From Coraliomargarita sp. (GTDB taxonomy: Bacteria > Verrucomicrobiota > Verrucomicrobiia > Opitutales > Coraliomargaritaceae), in the NCBI GenBank assembly GCA_965216325.1, contig OZ244160.1:2176001-2240000 (forward strand): DNA of 64,000 nt. Direction: 5' to 3'. Below the pieces are notes generated by a model, which worked only from the letters and a program-made list of their open reading frames with translations, was not told where the DNA came from and made no database searches. Shown piece by piece: positions 11,153-22,904 of the stretch. Positions within the stretch are counted from its first letter, which is position 1. Each line of letters begins with the position of its first letter. The position numbers and the translations under genes are program-made.

Positions 11153-11617
11153 ATGCGTTGTCCAAAATGCACATCCGCCAATACCAAGGTGCTCGATACT
11201 CGCACCAGCAAAAACGAAACGTCAATTCGTCGGCGTCGCGAGTGCTTGGAATGCGGCTACCGTTTTACGACTATCGAGGAAGTGCTGCGTGCTGACCTTC
11301 AGGTGGTCAAGCGTGACGGCCGTCGTGAAGATTTCGACCGTGCGAAGATGTTGGGTGGTTTGAAGAAAGCTGTGCAGAAGCGTCCAATCGACGTCATGCA
11401 GATCGAGATGTTGGTCGCCGATGCGCTGTCTGCCTTGGAAAAGGAATACGATCACGAGATTCCTGCTAAAGCGGTTGGCGAGCAAATCATGACGCGCTTA
11501 AAGCACCTCGATAAGATTGCGTATGTGCGCTACGCATCTGTTTATAAAGACTTCCGCGACCTTGACGAGCTCGCAGAGGAAATTGATGCGCTCAAAGATC
11601 CGGGCACTCAGTCGTAG
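11153..11617 (+). CDS. nrdR: Transcriptional repressor NrdR
   Basis: MRCPKC..., IRRRREC..C..RFTT.E, ATP cone [15 protein letters not shown]. Confidence 0.96.
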   Translation: MRCPKCTSANTKVLDTRTSKNETSIRRRRECLECGYRFTTIEEVLRADLQVVKRDGRREDFDRAKMLGGLKKAVQKRPIDVMQIEMLVADALSALEKEYDHEIPAKAVGEQIMTRLKHLDKIAYVRYASVYKDFRDLDELAEEIDALKDPGTQS

Positions 11618-11656
11618 GGGCGTTGCTTGCGGCGCCCGAGTTAGGATCAGTAAGCA

Positions 11657-12136
11657 ATGCCAAGTCAGCGTAAGCCATTAGAGCAATTGCGAATTCTCAG
11701 TGAATTGCTTGCGCGCACCCAAGGTGCGGATCCAGAGGGGGCCATTCATGCGCAACAGATTCTGGATTATTTCAGTGAGGAAGCTCCCGACGAGATGCAG
11801 CGACTCTCTATCGAAAGCTGTGCGAGTAAGTTGGCGCAGATGCACCTTGGACCGGAGGACATTCGTGAGGTTGCCTTTGCGCATTGGCACGTGCCGGAGT
11901 CAATCGGCGCAAGCCCATTGTGGATTCGGCAGGCAATTGTTACCGAAATGAAGCAATTGGCCGGTCGTCGCCGCGCCTTGTTGTTGGTGAGTGGCGTGCG
12001 TGAGAGTATTTGTCCTGAGGGCGGCTATTGGACGAAGGCGCGCGAAGCTCAGTATCGTCGTGTCCGCGATTGGATTGACGAACTCGTCTGTGCGTGGGCG
12101 AGTCGTGGTTCGCAGCTGCAAGTGATTGTGCTCTAG
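11657..12136 (+). CDS. Hypothetical protein
   Basis: 159-aa ORF with backbone-like codon usage filling the gap between nrdR and rnpB. Confidence 0.6.
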   Translation: MPSQRKPLEQLRILSELLARTQGADPEGAIHAQQILDYFSEEAPDEMQRLSIESCASKLAQMHLGPEDIREVAFAHWHVPESIGASPLWIRQAIVTEMKQLAGRRRALLLVSGVRESICPEGGYWTKAREAQYRRVRDWIDELVCAWASRGSQLQVIVL

Positions 12137-12215
12137 TTGGGCGGCGTTGGACTTCTGCACGTCAGGCAATAATTCCCGCCTTGTCTTCTGCGAGCGGATC
12201 GCGCAGCCTGCAAAA

Positions 12216-12609
<394 letters not shown>

Positions 12610-12807
12610 ACTTTTTGGCATTGTAGGGGCGTGCCTCGGCGAGCCCGCTGTCGGTGTCGCTTGATTCTGGTGTGAGCTTAGTACATCTCATAAACTGAGT
12701 GCAGGCAAGTAAAGCCCCTGCGTTTCTGGCACGAATTCCAGTTGCATCGAAGGGATGGGAGCGTTTACTGGCGCCTTTAACACTAACTTAACGAACTTCA
12801 ACACACT

Positions 12808-13986
12808 ATGATCGTAAAACCCCGCATTCGAGGATTTGTTTGTATTACCGCTCACCCAACTGGCTGTGAGGCCAAAGTTCGTCAGGAGATCGAAGTTGCG
12901 AAGGCGGCAAAAAAAGAGGGCGGGCCGAAGAAGGTCCTCGTGATCGGTGCGTCGACTGGGTATGGATTGTCGACGCGTATCGCAGCGGCCTTTGGTCATG
13001 ATGCAGCGACTTTTGGTGTGTTTTTCGAGCGCCCTTCGATGAAGGGGAAGCCTGCAAGTGCTGGCTGGTATAACTCTGTCGCATTTGAAAAGGCTGCGCA
13101 TGAGGCGGGCCTCTATGCGAAGAGTATTAATGGTGATGCCTTCTCGAATGAGATCAAGGAGCAGACCATCGCTCAGATTAAGGAAGACCTTGGCCAAGTT
13201 GACTTGGTTGTTTACAGTCTGGCATCGCCACGACGCACAGACCCAACAACCGGTGAGACTTACAAGTCCTGCCTCAAGCCAACAGGGGATACCTTTACGA
13301 ATCGTTCGCTCGACACAGATAAGGCCGAGGTGAATGAAGTGACGATCGAGCCAGCTGCGGGCGATGACATTGCCCATACGATTAAGGTCATGGGTGGTGA
13401 AGACTGGGAGCTCTGGATGAAGGCACTTTCCGAAGCAGGTGTGCTTGCTCCGGGTGCAAAGTCGGTCGCTTATTCTTACATCGGGCCGGAAGTTACTTGG
13501 CCCGTTTACACCAACGGCACCATCGGTGCGGCGAAGAAGGACGTGGAGCGCGCCGCAGCAGCGATCACCGAAGCCTACGATTGCGAGGCCTATGTTTCTG
13601 TGAATAAGGCTGTGGTGACTCAAGCGAGTTCGGCGATTCCAGTCGTGCCACTGTATATCTCCATTTTGTTCAAGCTCATGAAGGCGAAGGGCACACACGA
13701 AGATTGCATCGAGCAATCGGTTCGTTTGCTTAACGAGCGTCTCTATGGTGGCGACCTTCAACTGGATGACGCGGGCCGCATTCGTATCGACGACTGGGAA
13801 ATGCAAGACGACATCCAAGCTGCGGTTGAGGAGATCTGGCCAAAGATCACGACTGAGACCTTGCGTGAGTTATCCGATTTTGACGGTTATCAGGAGAATT
13901 TCCTGAATCTCTTTGGTTTTGGCCTCGAAGGTGTCGATTACGATGCTGAGGTGGAGGTGGATCTTCCGCTTCCGAGCGAAGCTTAG
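12808..13986 (+). CDS. fabV: Trans-2-enoyl-CoA/ACP reductase FabV
   Basis: GFVCITAHPTGC, GASTGYGL, NGDAFS, YSLASPRR, VMGGEDW, KAVVTQASSAIP. Confidence 0.95.
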   Translation: MIVKPRIRGFVCITAHPTGCEAKVRQEIEVAKAAKKEGGPKKVLVIGASTGYGLSTRIAAAFGHDAATFGVFFERPSMKGKPASAGWYNSVAFEKAAHEAGLYAKSINGDAFSNEIKEQTIAQIKEDLGQVDLVVYSLASPRRTDPTTGETYKSCLKPTGDTFTNRSLDTDKAEVNEVTIEPAAGDDIAHTIKVMGGEDWELWMKALSEAGVLAPGAKSVAYSYIGPEVTWPVYTNGTIGAAKKDVERAAAAITEAYDCEAYVSVNKAVVTQASSAIPVVPLYISILFKLMKAKGTHEDCIEQSVRLLNERLYGGDLQLDDAGRIRIDDWEMQDDIQAAVEEIWPKITTETLRELSDFDGYQENFLNLFGFGLEGVDYDAEVEVDLPLPSEA

Positions 13987-14070
13987 AATATTGGAGGGCA
14001 ATGCTCCGTCATTGCCGCGATTAGTTTGACTCTCATGGCAACGGCGGAGCGTTGCCCTCCATTGCTTCCC

Positions 14071-14754
14071 ATGTCTCGAAAAATCCTTCCTCTTTTTCTT
14101 GTTCTTTACGCACTTTTCTTTGCCGCTTGCGGCTCCAATGAAGAGGCGCACACGGCTGTACAGCCTGAAGCTCCGGCACCTGTACTTGGAGAGGCTGTGT
14201 CGACTCCTCGATCTGCGGCGGAGGTGCCTGCTGGCGTGGAGCAAGTGGTGGATGTGCGTGTCGTGTTGCACACTTCAAAGGGGCCTATTGAGGGGACTTT
14301 ATATGCGACCAAAGTTCCGGTTACGGCAGCCAACTTTCTGAACCTCGCTCAGCGCGGATACTATGATGGCCTGACGTTTCACCGTGTGATCAAGGATTTC
14401 ATGATTCAAGGTGGTGATCCGAATGGTACGGGCACCGGTGGCCCCGGGTATCAGTTTGAGGACGAGATCCGTCGCACGCTTCGCCACAATGGTCCGGGTG
14501 TTTTCTCGATGGCGAATTCCGGTCCGGGCACAAACGGTAGTCAGTTCTTCATCACGCATGTGGCGACACCTTGGTTGGATAACCGCCACACCGTTTTCGG
14601 TAAAGTGACCAAGGGGCAGCGTGTGGTGAATGCCATTCGTCAGGGCGACACGATCGAGCGTATTGAGATTTTGGATGCAACAGATGCGCTGTTTGAAGCG
14701 CAAGCGAGTCGTATTGGTGCGTGGAATGCGCGTTTGGCGCAGTTGGGCTATTAA
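14071..14754 (+). CDS. Cyclophilin-type peptidyl-prolyl isomerase, probable lipoprotein
   Basis: Lipobox [41 protein letters not shown]. Confidence 0.93.
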   Translation: MSRKILPLFLVLYALFFAACGSNEEAHTAVQPEAPAPVLGEAVSTPRSAAEVPAGVEQVVDVRVVLHTSKGPIEGTLYATKVPVTAANFLNLAQRGYYDGLTFHRVIKDFMIQGGDPNGTGTGGPGYQFEDEIRRTLRHNGPGVFSMANSGPGTNGSQFFITHVATPWLDNRHTVFGKVTKGQRVVNAIRQGDTIERIEILDATDALFEAQASRIGAWNARLAQLGY

Positions 14755-14823
14755 AATAGAGTTGCCCGTGTCAGCCGAGCGGCTTTGATTCGAATAAACC
14801 GAACCTGCCGCACCATTGCCTGA

Positions 14824-16323
<1,500 letters not shown>

Positions 16324-16385
16324 TCCTTTATGTAAGACGTTGCCAGCAGGGCGTTCGCCTGTCTAAAACAGTTACTCTTACTACC

Positions 16386-17906
16386 ATGTCGAACGAACCC
16401 ATTCCTACCATCGATCTCGATGAACTGCTTGCACTTTCGCCTGATGCAGTGGTGGCGCACGACATGGAGTCGCGGGTGCTGTTCTGGAATCAAGCTGCCG
16501 AAAAATTGTATGGCTGGGCTGCGGATGAAATTCGTGGGCGCCCGGTTGAGCGTGTTTTCTATCTTGATAGTGCGGCTCATGAAGAGGCAATGCAGCAGCT
16601 CCGTGATCAAGGCTCATGGGACGGTGATCTCCGTCAAATTGACCGTGAGGGGGATGAGCACCTTGTGCGCTCTCGACAGAAGATGGTGCGCGATGCCGAC
16701 GGTAAGCCACGCTACGTGCTTACTTTCAATACGGATGTTACCGAGTTGAAAAAGCAGGAGGATGCTGAAGAGCGTGCCCACCATGTGCGTTCCTCCAGTA
16801 TCCTTGCGGGTGGTATTGCGCATGAACTGAATAATGCGCTCGCGCCGATTATGCTCTCGTCGGCGATGCTCAAGCGCTCAATCGAAGACCCGAAGTCGCA
16901 AAACATGGTTGAGATGATCGAGAAATGTGCGAACAAGGGAGCTGAGCTGATTTCGGACTTGCTCGCCTTTGAGCTCGGGCGTGGGGGTGGGGCGGATGTG
17001 ATTCGTCGCACACAGGTTGAGCGTGCAATTAAGCGAGCTTGTGATGAGCTACTGACGGATGCCATTACGCTCAAACTCGAGGTGGTGGAAGATCTTTGGG
17101 AGTGTCGTGGCGAGCCGACCGAATTGGCTAAGGTGTATCGTGCGGTGATTGAAAATGCGTGCGAGGCGATGCCGGACGGTGGCGTGCTGCAGATTCAGGT
17201 TGGCAATCGACTGTTCGACGAAAATTTCGAAAATTTAGCGCCTGAAGCAAAGGCGGGCGCCTACGTCTCGTTCGTCTTTACCGATACCGGTTTTGGTATT
17301 GAGAACAGTATTCTCAATCGTGTGGCAGAGCCATTCTTCACGACGAAAGAGCCCAAGCAAGGGCATGGCTTTGGGCTTTCGAGTACTCAGGCTATCGTAA
17401 AGGGGCACAAGGGCTTTATGGTTTTCGAGAGTGAGCATGGGCAGGGCACGACATTGAGTATTTTCATCCCTGCTGATATTTCTGTGGAAAAGGTGAAGGG
17501 CTCGTCTCCGCCGTTTCCAGTGACTAAAGAAGGTAATGGTAAATTGGTCTTGGTCGCTGATGACGAGTTCTTCATTCGAGAGACGATCAAGAAGACATTG
17601 GAGGAGCGTGGATACGATGTGATCACAGCTCAGGACGGCACCGAAGCGCTGGCAATTTTTGCGAGTCGCATCGGCGAGATTGATTTGGTGGTTACCAACG
17701 TGGAGATGCCGTTCATGGATGGCCCTGCGCTTTGTCGCGCGCTCAAGAAGCTCAAGCCTAATGCCCGTGTGCTCGTTTCCAGTGGTCACAAGCAGCAGGA
17801 AAAGGTGCAGGAAATTAAATCATCCGGTGTGCGGCATTTCTTGGCGAAGCCATATACGGCCGATAACCTGGCAGATCGTGTGCACGCGATATTGTCGGAG
17901 GATTAG
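16386..17906 (+). CDS. PAS-HisKA-HATPase-REC hybrid sensor histidine kinase
   Basis: PAS (FWNQAAEKLYGW), AGGIAHELNN, ENACEAM, DTGFGI, PFFTTK, REC (VADDE..KPY); the REC phosphoacceptor position appears to be N (VVTNVEMP). Confidence 0.9.
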   Translation: MSNEPIPTIDLDELLALSPDAVVAHDMESRVLFWNQAAEKLYGWAADEIRGRPVERVFYLDSAAHEEAMQQLRDQGSWDGDLRQIDREGDEHLVRSRQKMVRDADGKPRYVLTFNTDVTELKKQEDAEERAHHVRSSSILAGGIAHELNNALAPIMLSSAMLKRSIEDPKSQNMVEMIEKCANKGAELISDLLAFELGRGGGADVIRRTQVERAIKRACDELLTDAITLKLEVVEDLWECRGEPTELAKVYRAVIENACEAMPDGGVLQIQVGNRLFDENFENLAPEAKAGAYVSFVFTDTGFGIENSILNRVAEPFFTTKEPKQGHGFGLSSTQAIVKGHKGFMVFESEHGQGTTLSIFIPADISVEKVKGSSPPFPVTKEGNGKLVLVADDEFFIRETIKKTLEERGYDVITAQDGTEALAIFASRIGEIDLVVTNVEMPFMDGPALCRALKKLKPNARVLVSSGHKQQEKVQEIKSSGVRHFLAKPYTADNLADRVHAILSED

Positions 17907-17931
17907 ATGGAAGCTGTTCGGCGCTGATTGG

Positions 17932-18186
17932 ATGGGTTGGCACGTCTACATGATCCGCTGTGCGGATCGCACATTGTATACGGGAATCGCGAAGGATGTG
18001 CAGCGCCGCTTGCGGGAGCATCGGGCCGCGGGGCCTAAGTCGGCTAAATACTTACGTGGGCGCGGGCCGTTGGAGTTGGTCTATCAGCGATCGGTCAGCA
18101 CGCATTCGGATGCGCTCAGAGAGGAGCGTCGAATCAAACGGCTAACGAAGGCACAAAAAGAGCGCCTCCTGTTGGAAGGCGCTTAA
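17932..18186 (+). CDS. GIY-YIG nuclease family protein (UPF0213)
   Basis: WHVYMIRCAD.TLYTGI..D..RRL.EH, AKYLRGRGP, ALREE..IK. Confidence 0.88.
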   Translation: MGWHVYMIRCADRTLYTGIAKDVQRRLREHRAAGPKSAKYLRGRGPLELVYQRSVSTHSDALREERRIKRLTKAQKERLLLEGA

Positions 18187-18189
18187 TTG

Positions 18190-18219
18190 AATAATGGTGG
18201 AGGTGGCGGGAGTCGAACC
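18190..18219 (-). repeat. att site: copy of tmRNA 3' end (distal end of island A)
   Basis: AATAATGGTGGAGGTGGCGGGAGTCGAACC identical to 41577-41606. Confidence 0.95.
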
Positions 18220-18390
18220 TTCGATCTGCGTGCTATAAGGCGTTTGTTGGTAGTGGTTTGAGTTTTTGAAGAGGCCTCGTGGTCACCTATAGGGACACCT
18301 GATTTTGGCGCGGTTGGGCACTTCTTGTCGTGGATTTGTTAGTTTTCTGAGGTGCTGACATTGTGACTTTTTATCAAATACTTCGCTGAT

Positions 18391-19239
18391 CTATTGTGCA
18401 GACTCTCCCAGAAGTGCATTAGAGATATCGACCATGTCCTGTCGTATCATGGTTCGACGGACTTGGATCTCTTTGCTCTCTGCTCGGGAAGGTTCGCCCA
18501 GCACGAAGTGTGCGGCACGCATCGCTACGGCGGAATTGTCGTCCTTGAAGTCATTGCGCAATGTATCCAGCGCATCTGGGCATGCGGGATTCTTCAGACG
18601 AATTTCTTCGGCAAATGCTGCAATCGCTGCCTCTGGCCCTTGGTCGTAGTGCTTAACCGTGTAAAGAATGTCAAAGGCGTCTTTGGGCTGCTGGCGGTAT
18701 TTGAAGGCGCGTAGCTTTAGCGCCAAATAGGGGCCCACTTCACAGACTCTGGCGGTGAGGCTTTGATTCGCCCCGTATAGGTCGGTCCCTTTCAAAGAAA
18801 TACTGCGCGCTGTTTCAAGGGCACGTTTGACTCCAGGCATCACGTTGGCCTTCACGTCGTCGACCATACGTGCGCCTTGTGTTGCTGTGCCATCTTCGAC
18901 AAGAAAGTCGATATACATGGTAAAGCCGCTGATTTCTTTCATGTAGCGTGCTTCGTTGTGTGCAGTTGCTTTAAAGCCTTGCCCTTGTAATTCGGAGGAG
19001 AGTGTTCCGTATTGGCCTGCGGATGCGCCGAGTGCGATCCCGAGGTCAACGTCGAGTGTAGCCGGGCGTGGAAGTTCGCCATCTCCTTCTGGGTGTTGGC
19101 AGATGCATATTGGCACCAAGCCGCCCAGAAGCACCAAATCATCGTGGTATCGGCGAAGAGTTGGCCAAATCGTTAAGAATGCAGGGAGCGATTGTGATGT
19201 CGCACGTGGATCGTATGCGCTGTAAGTGTCGTATTTCAT
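18391..19239 (-). CDS. AbiEii/DUF1814-like nucleotidyltransferase (type IV TA toxin)
   Basis: LVLLGGLVP, RPATLDVDL, LALKLRAF..R..PKDAFDI motifs; ATGA-coupled to upstream gene. Confidence 0.72.
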   Translation of the reverse strand: MKYDTYSAYDPRATSQSLPAFLTIWPTLRRYHDDLVLLGGLVPICICQHPEGDGELPRPATLDVDLGIALGASAGQYGTLSSELQGQGFKATAHNEARYMKEISGFTMYIDFLVEDGTATQGARMVDDVKANVMPGVKRALETARSISLKGTDLYGANQSLTARVCEVGPYLALKLRAFKYRQQPKDAFDILYTVKHYDQGPEAAIAAFAEEIRLKNPACPDALDTLRNDFKDDNSAVAMRAAHFVLGEPSRAESKEIQVRRTMIRQDMVDISNALLGESAQ

Positions 19240-20294
19240 GAACGGCAAAACCCTTCCCATTCTCGAAGCGCTTGGGCTGCGTCGGGGCCTCTGAGCCCTG
19301 TGTTTTGTAGATCGATGTAAATTTGAGCGTCCGATGCTAAGTTTAAATTTTCCGTGGGATGTTTTTCTAGAAATACACCCTCATCTTTAGGGACATGGAG
19401 CCAGACCTTGCCGCCTTCTTCGACTGGGCGTAGCCCTAATGACTTAAGTTCTTCAGAACTTGGTAATCTTTGCACATAAGCTGAGCATACTGCTGGTTCC
19501 GTGTAGGGGTGCCGTTCAAAGGCGGCAATCCATTGTGTGAAAGCAAGCGGCACATTCTCACTCTCAGACCATTCCTGCAGTGTGTCGGCGACCTTGGATA
19601 AATTGCCAATGGGCCCAGCGTAGTAATTAGTGCTACAGCGTTCTTGGAATTTATCCTCGGTGCTCCACGCATCAAGCAAACCATCGAAATCACTGATGCG
19701 ATATTCTCGTGCGCTTAGTTTCTCTAAATAGGACTGTGTGACTAGGTGCTGGACGAGTCGTGATACCATGCCTGAGCTGGCATGTGTGCGTTTAAGTAGT
19801 TCTGCCTGTGTCCAAACTTGATCCCTGTTGGTTAGGAGTGAACGCACGATCCGGCCACTTTTTCCGGTGAAAATGTTGCGTGGCTCTAGATGATGACTGA
19901 ACGTCCTCCCTGGGAGTGCGTGTCTGTCTACGAGTAATTCCTTGGCTCTGAGCCATGCCCGTCCATTTAGGTCGATACAGGAGAGTTGCTTCGCTTTACA
20001 AAACTGTAGGACTCGTTTGGTGAGGTTCGGGGCAACTAGCAGTGTTGCTATGGCATGCTGTCTTGTCGCTATGCGTTCTAATTCTGGGATGCTCGGCTTC
20101 AGTTTGAACTCCACTTGGTATTCAAGCCTTCTGCCATCTAGGAGCAATTGCACGCAACCATCGTCATGATCGTTCGCGTCTTGAAAATAGGTCCATTTGA
20201 GGTCTGGATCGGCGATGAGTAGCTCGCGAAAATGGTAAAGAAGCTCTTGTTCACTTCGAATATTTGAGTTCTTACTGGATTTTGCAATTTTCAA
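19236..20294 (-). CDS. AbiEi-like type IV TA antitoxin / wHTH regulator
   Basis: LLVAP.L, IDLNGRA.L, HTH (TQAELL...ASSGMVSR), LLDAW, Q.Y.DL...G.RG..AA C-terminus. Confidence 0.72.
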   Translation of the reverse strand: MKIAKSSKNSNIRSEQELLYHFRELLIADPDLKWTYFQDANDHDDGCVQLLLDGRRLEYQVEFKLKPSIPELERIATRQHAIATLLVAPNLTKRVLQFCKAKQLSCIDLNGRAWLRAKELLVDRHALPGRTFSHHLEPRNIFTGKSGRIVRSLLTNRDQVWTQAELLKRTHASSGMVSRLVQHLVTQSYLEKLSAREYRISDFDGLLDAWSTEDKFQERCSTNYYAGPIGNLSKVADTLQEWSESENVPLAFTQWIAAFERHPYTEPAVCSAYVQRLPSSEELKSLGLRPVEEGGKVWLHVPKDEGVFLEKHPTENLNLASDAQIYIDLQNTGLRGPDAAQALREWEGFCRS

Positions 20295-20427
20295 TATGCT
20301 GTGAATGTTGCTGATCTTAGTAAGAGGGTCAATCGCTTTATCGATACTTCAGTAGTCTCAGGATGGAATCCATCGAGGGGATGCGGATCGGGTGGCTTAC
20401 GAAGAACTTGCAGACTTGGGACAAGCT

Positions 20428-21210
20428 CTATGTAATAGAAGGCCAGCTGTTTTTGGGTATATTTCCAAATTCTAGACGTGAACCGTGCTCGGAAAAGCAA
20501 TTTGAATGGTCAAAGATGTCTTTTGCTGCGGATTCTACTTTATCAGGTGATTTACTTCTGACTCTGCCTGGGAATCCAAGGTAATTTTCAATATTTTTCA
20601 TTCTGAGAGTGTCGAGGTATTCTAGTCTTCCAAAATGCAAATCAAACAGTTCTAGAAGTATTTTCTTGGGGCACCGTGTGTCAGAAACAAGTATAAGCAA
20701 GCTTTCGATCTCAAGTCGATGTATCAATTGTGCGAGATTTAGAGATAGCAGGCCTCGTAGAGTTAGTGGTAAGATGATGGCATCGTAGTCTTCGTTGAGG
20801 ACTTTTTCAAACACCTCAAAATCACTCATTTGATTGACGTCGAAGTAATCTGCACTGATTCCCTCCGCTCTACTTAGCTTTCGGTGAGATATTCTGAAAG
20901 TTGCGTCGCCTAATAATAAAATATTCATTTTAGATATCCACGGAATATCTTCGGTTGTGGCTTCAGCCTGTAAGCGTGGAGCACGATTCATGTCCACAAG
21001 GCCGATCGTCGTTTTTCCCTCTGATAGTTCAGTCAAGTAAAGCAAGCTGCTGGCTTCGAGTGCTTTGATTCGCTCCCAAGGAACTGCAATTTGTAGATTC
21101 CCCGATCTGTGCGATGCTGAGTTGCGAATCGTTACTTTTCGAAGCGTTTCGTCCTTTAGTAAATAGCTGATGTTCCCCTTATTATTTACACTGAAGCTTG
21201 GGTGGCGCCG
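20428..21210 (-). pseudogene. 5'-truncated ORF with receiver-like alpha/beta fold segment
   Basis: Frame stays open upstream of 21045 to the integrase breakpoint (~21210) with no ATG start; MNILLLGD...YDAIIL...LILVS pattern. Confidence 0.5.
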
Positions 21211-22189
21211 GGTAATCGTCCAGGGGATACTTCTTGAGCCACTGGATCAGATTGGGCTGCATCTTGATCGTGCGCTTCTCGTTCACCTTCGAGGCCTCGG
21301 GCTCGATCAGGATGACTTCGGTATCAAAGCGGAAATCCTTCGCCTTCAGCTTTTTGATTTCGCCATCCTTCCAGTCTGGGCGGATGCCAGCGAACAAGGT
21401 CAACGCGTAGTAGGGGACCATGCAGCCGGGCTTGCCCCAATAGCTGCCGTCCTTATTTTGTGGGCCTTGGTAAGTTTCGAGCCACTTCATGAAGTCGGCG
21501 GTCTCCTGGGCGCTGAGCGTGTCGGCGGTGCCGCGCGCTTGCTTCACTCGGAACTTGGGCACCTCGAGGATGATGTCTGACGCCACATACTTCTTGGAAA
21601 GGCAGAATTTGAAAAAGGTGCTTATGTAGCCGCGTCGATTGTTCCAGGTCTTTAGCGAAGGCACCGCCTTGGAACGGCCGAGCGGAGCGTCCAGATACTC
21701 CCGAATTTCATCTGGACGGATCTCTCCCACGATGCGGTCGGCGAAGTAGCCCTTGAGCTTCTTCATTTCGATGCCGATCGCGCGAACCTGTCGGCTGGAG
21801 ATCAGACCGCGCTCAAAGTCCTTTGTGCGGTCCTCGGTATATTCGTCGACAGCCGCCTCGACGGTCATGGTCTCGGCAGCTTCCTTGTAGTGCTCGAGGA
21901 AATATTTGACCGCGAAGGTGAGTGACTTCGTCGATTTCGAATTTTTCAGGAGACCGGTCGCCGCGATTGCGTCACGGTTCTGATCATGGGTGAGGGTGGT
22001 CCAGACGGTCTGACCTTCGGACTCGCCATTGAGGTGCTCGATTTCGAGCTTCTGACGATACGTAACCGCATCCGCGCGCGTCTTGAAATTTTTGCGGATG
22101 GACTCGCCATCCAGTGTCCCCGAAACGCGAAAAACCTTCGCGCCCGAGGGGTTGGAAAATGGGGTGATTTTAAATCGGTGTTTGGACAT
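21182..22189 (-). pseudogene. Truncated tyrosine integrase
   Basis: Closely matches the 40240-41523 integrase up to KKYPLDDYP, then diverges; lacks HxxR and the catalytic Tyr. Confidence 0.9.
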
Positions 22190-22255
22190 GGCTTTTAATT
22201 ATTTGCAGATTCAAATCTGCAAATTTAGGCCATGCCCGCATAAACACTAGGCTAA

Positions 22256-22282
22256 AATGGTGGAGGTGGCGGGAGTCGAACC
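22256..22282 (-). repeat. att site: copy of tmRNA 3' end (junction of islands A and B)
   Basis: AATGGTGGAGGTGGCGGGAGTCGAACC. Confidence 0.95.
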
Positions 22283-22469
22283 TTGCTCTTGTTTGAGTTA
22301 AGTTGCAGTTGATCAGTTGGTTGTGGTCCTTGTGTGAGCGTGTGGACACCTATATGGACACTCGATTCTGGCGGTGATTGTCGCTGGCTGACGTCTATTG
22401 GTTAGGGGGCGTATCGGGAAATTCCCTTTGAACGAGTTGAATGGTCTTGTGGCTTAACCAGCTTCGCCA

Positions 22470-22780
22470 GTAAAGGCCTGTCAAGGTGTGTGGCAGCGGC
22501 GCAACTCCTTGAGTTGTTCCTTCAGAATATAGACCTGAGCTAAGGGCTGATTGGTAACGATGAGTTCTTTTAGGCGAGGGCTAATGTTAGGCGGTGTCTG
22601 TATCTCGCCGCTTCACAGCACAATGAAGTTATCAGGGAATACACTTATGGCATTATCAATGGGGGGCAAGCCCTTCAAGTGGGCGATTGTGGCGGCAATG
22701 AGAAAACTGCTCCTTCACTCTCACTACTTAATCAAAAAAAAAAAAAGAGTATGAAGCACTTGCGTGAGACACAGTTGCTT
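22470..22780 (+). pseudogene. IS110-family transposase C-terminal relic
   Basis: Frameshifted RANVRRCLYLAA..HN.VI..Y and GKPFKWAIVAAMRKLL segments, followed by GACACAGTTGCT. Confidence 0.65.
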
Positions 22781-22904
22781 TTTTTGGGGGGCGGGAGTTA
22801 CGAATCCAGTTTATGGCTATTGTGTCAATGAATCGGATTATAAGTTTTTTTCATTGTCGTCAGAAGCGTTTGCCCATGTAACGGTTTGATGCTGTAGGCA
22901 TGCG

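Larger units (their letters stand above)
18190..22282. mobile_element. Genomic island A (deleted/defective) in tandem at tmRNA
   Basis: Flanked by tmRNA 3'-end direct repeats; carries truncated tyrosine integrase next to the proximal att. Confidence 0.88.

Noticed and set aside
18190..22282. tRNA genes at the TGGTGGAGGTGGCGGGAGTCGAACC motifs
   Set aside because: Only T-arm and acceptor 3' halves; they are att duplicates of the tmRNA end
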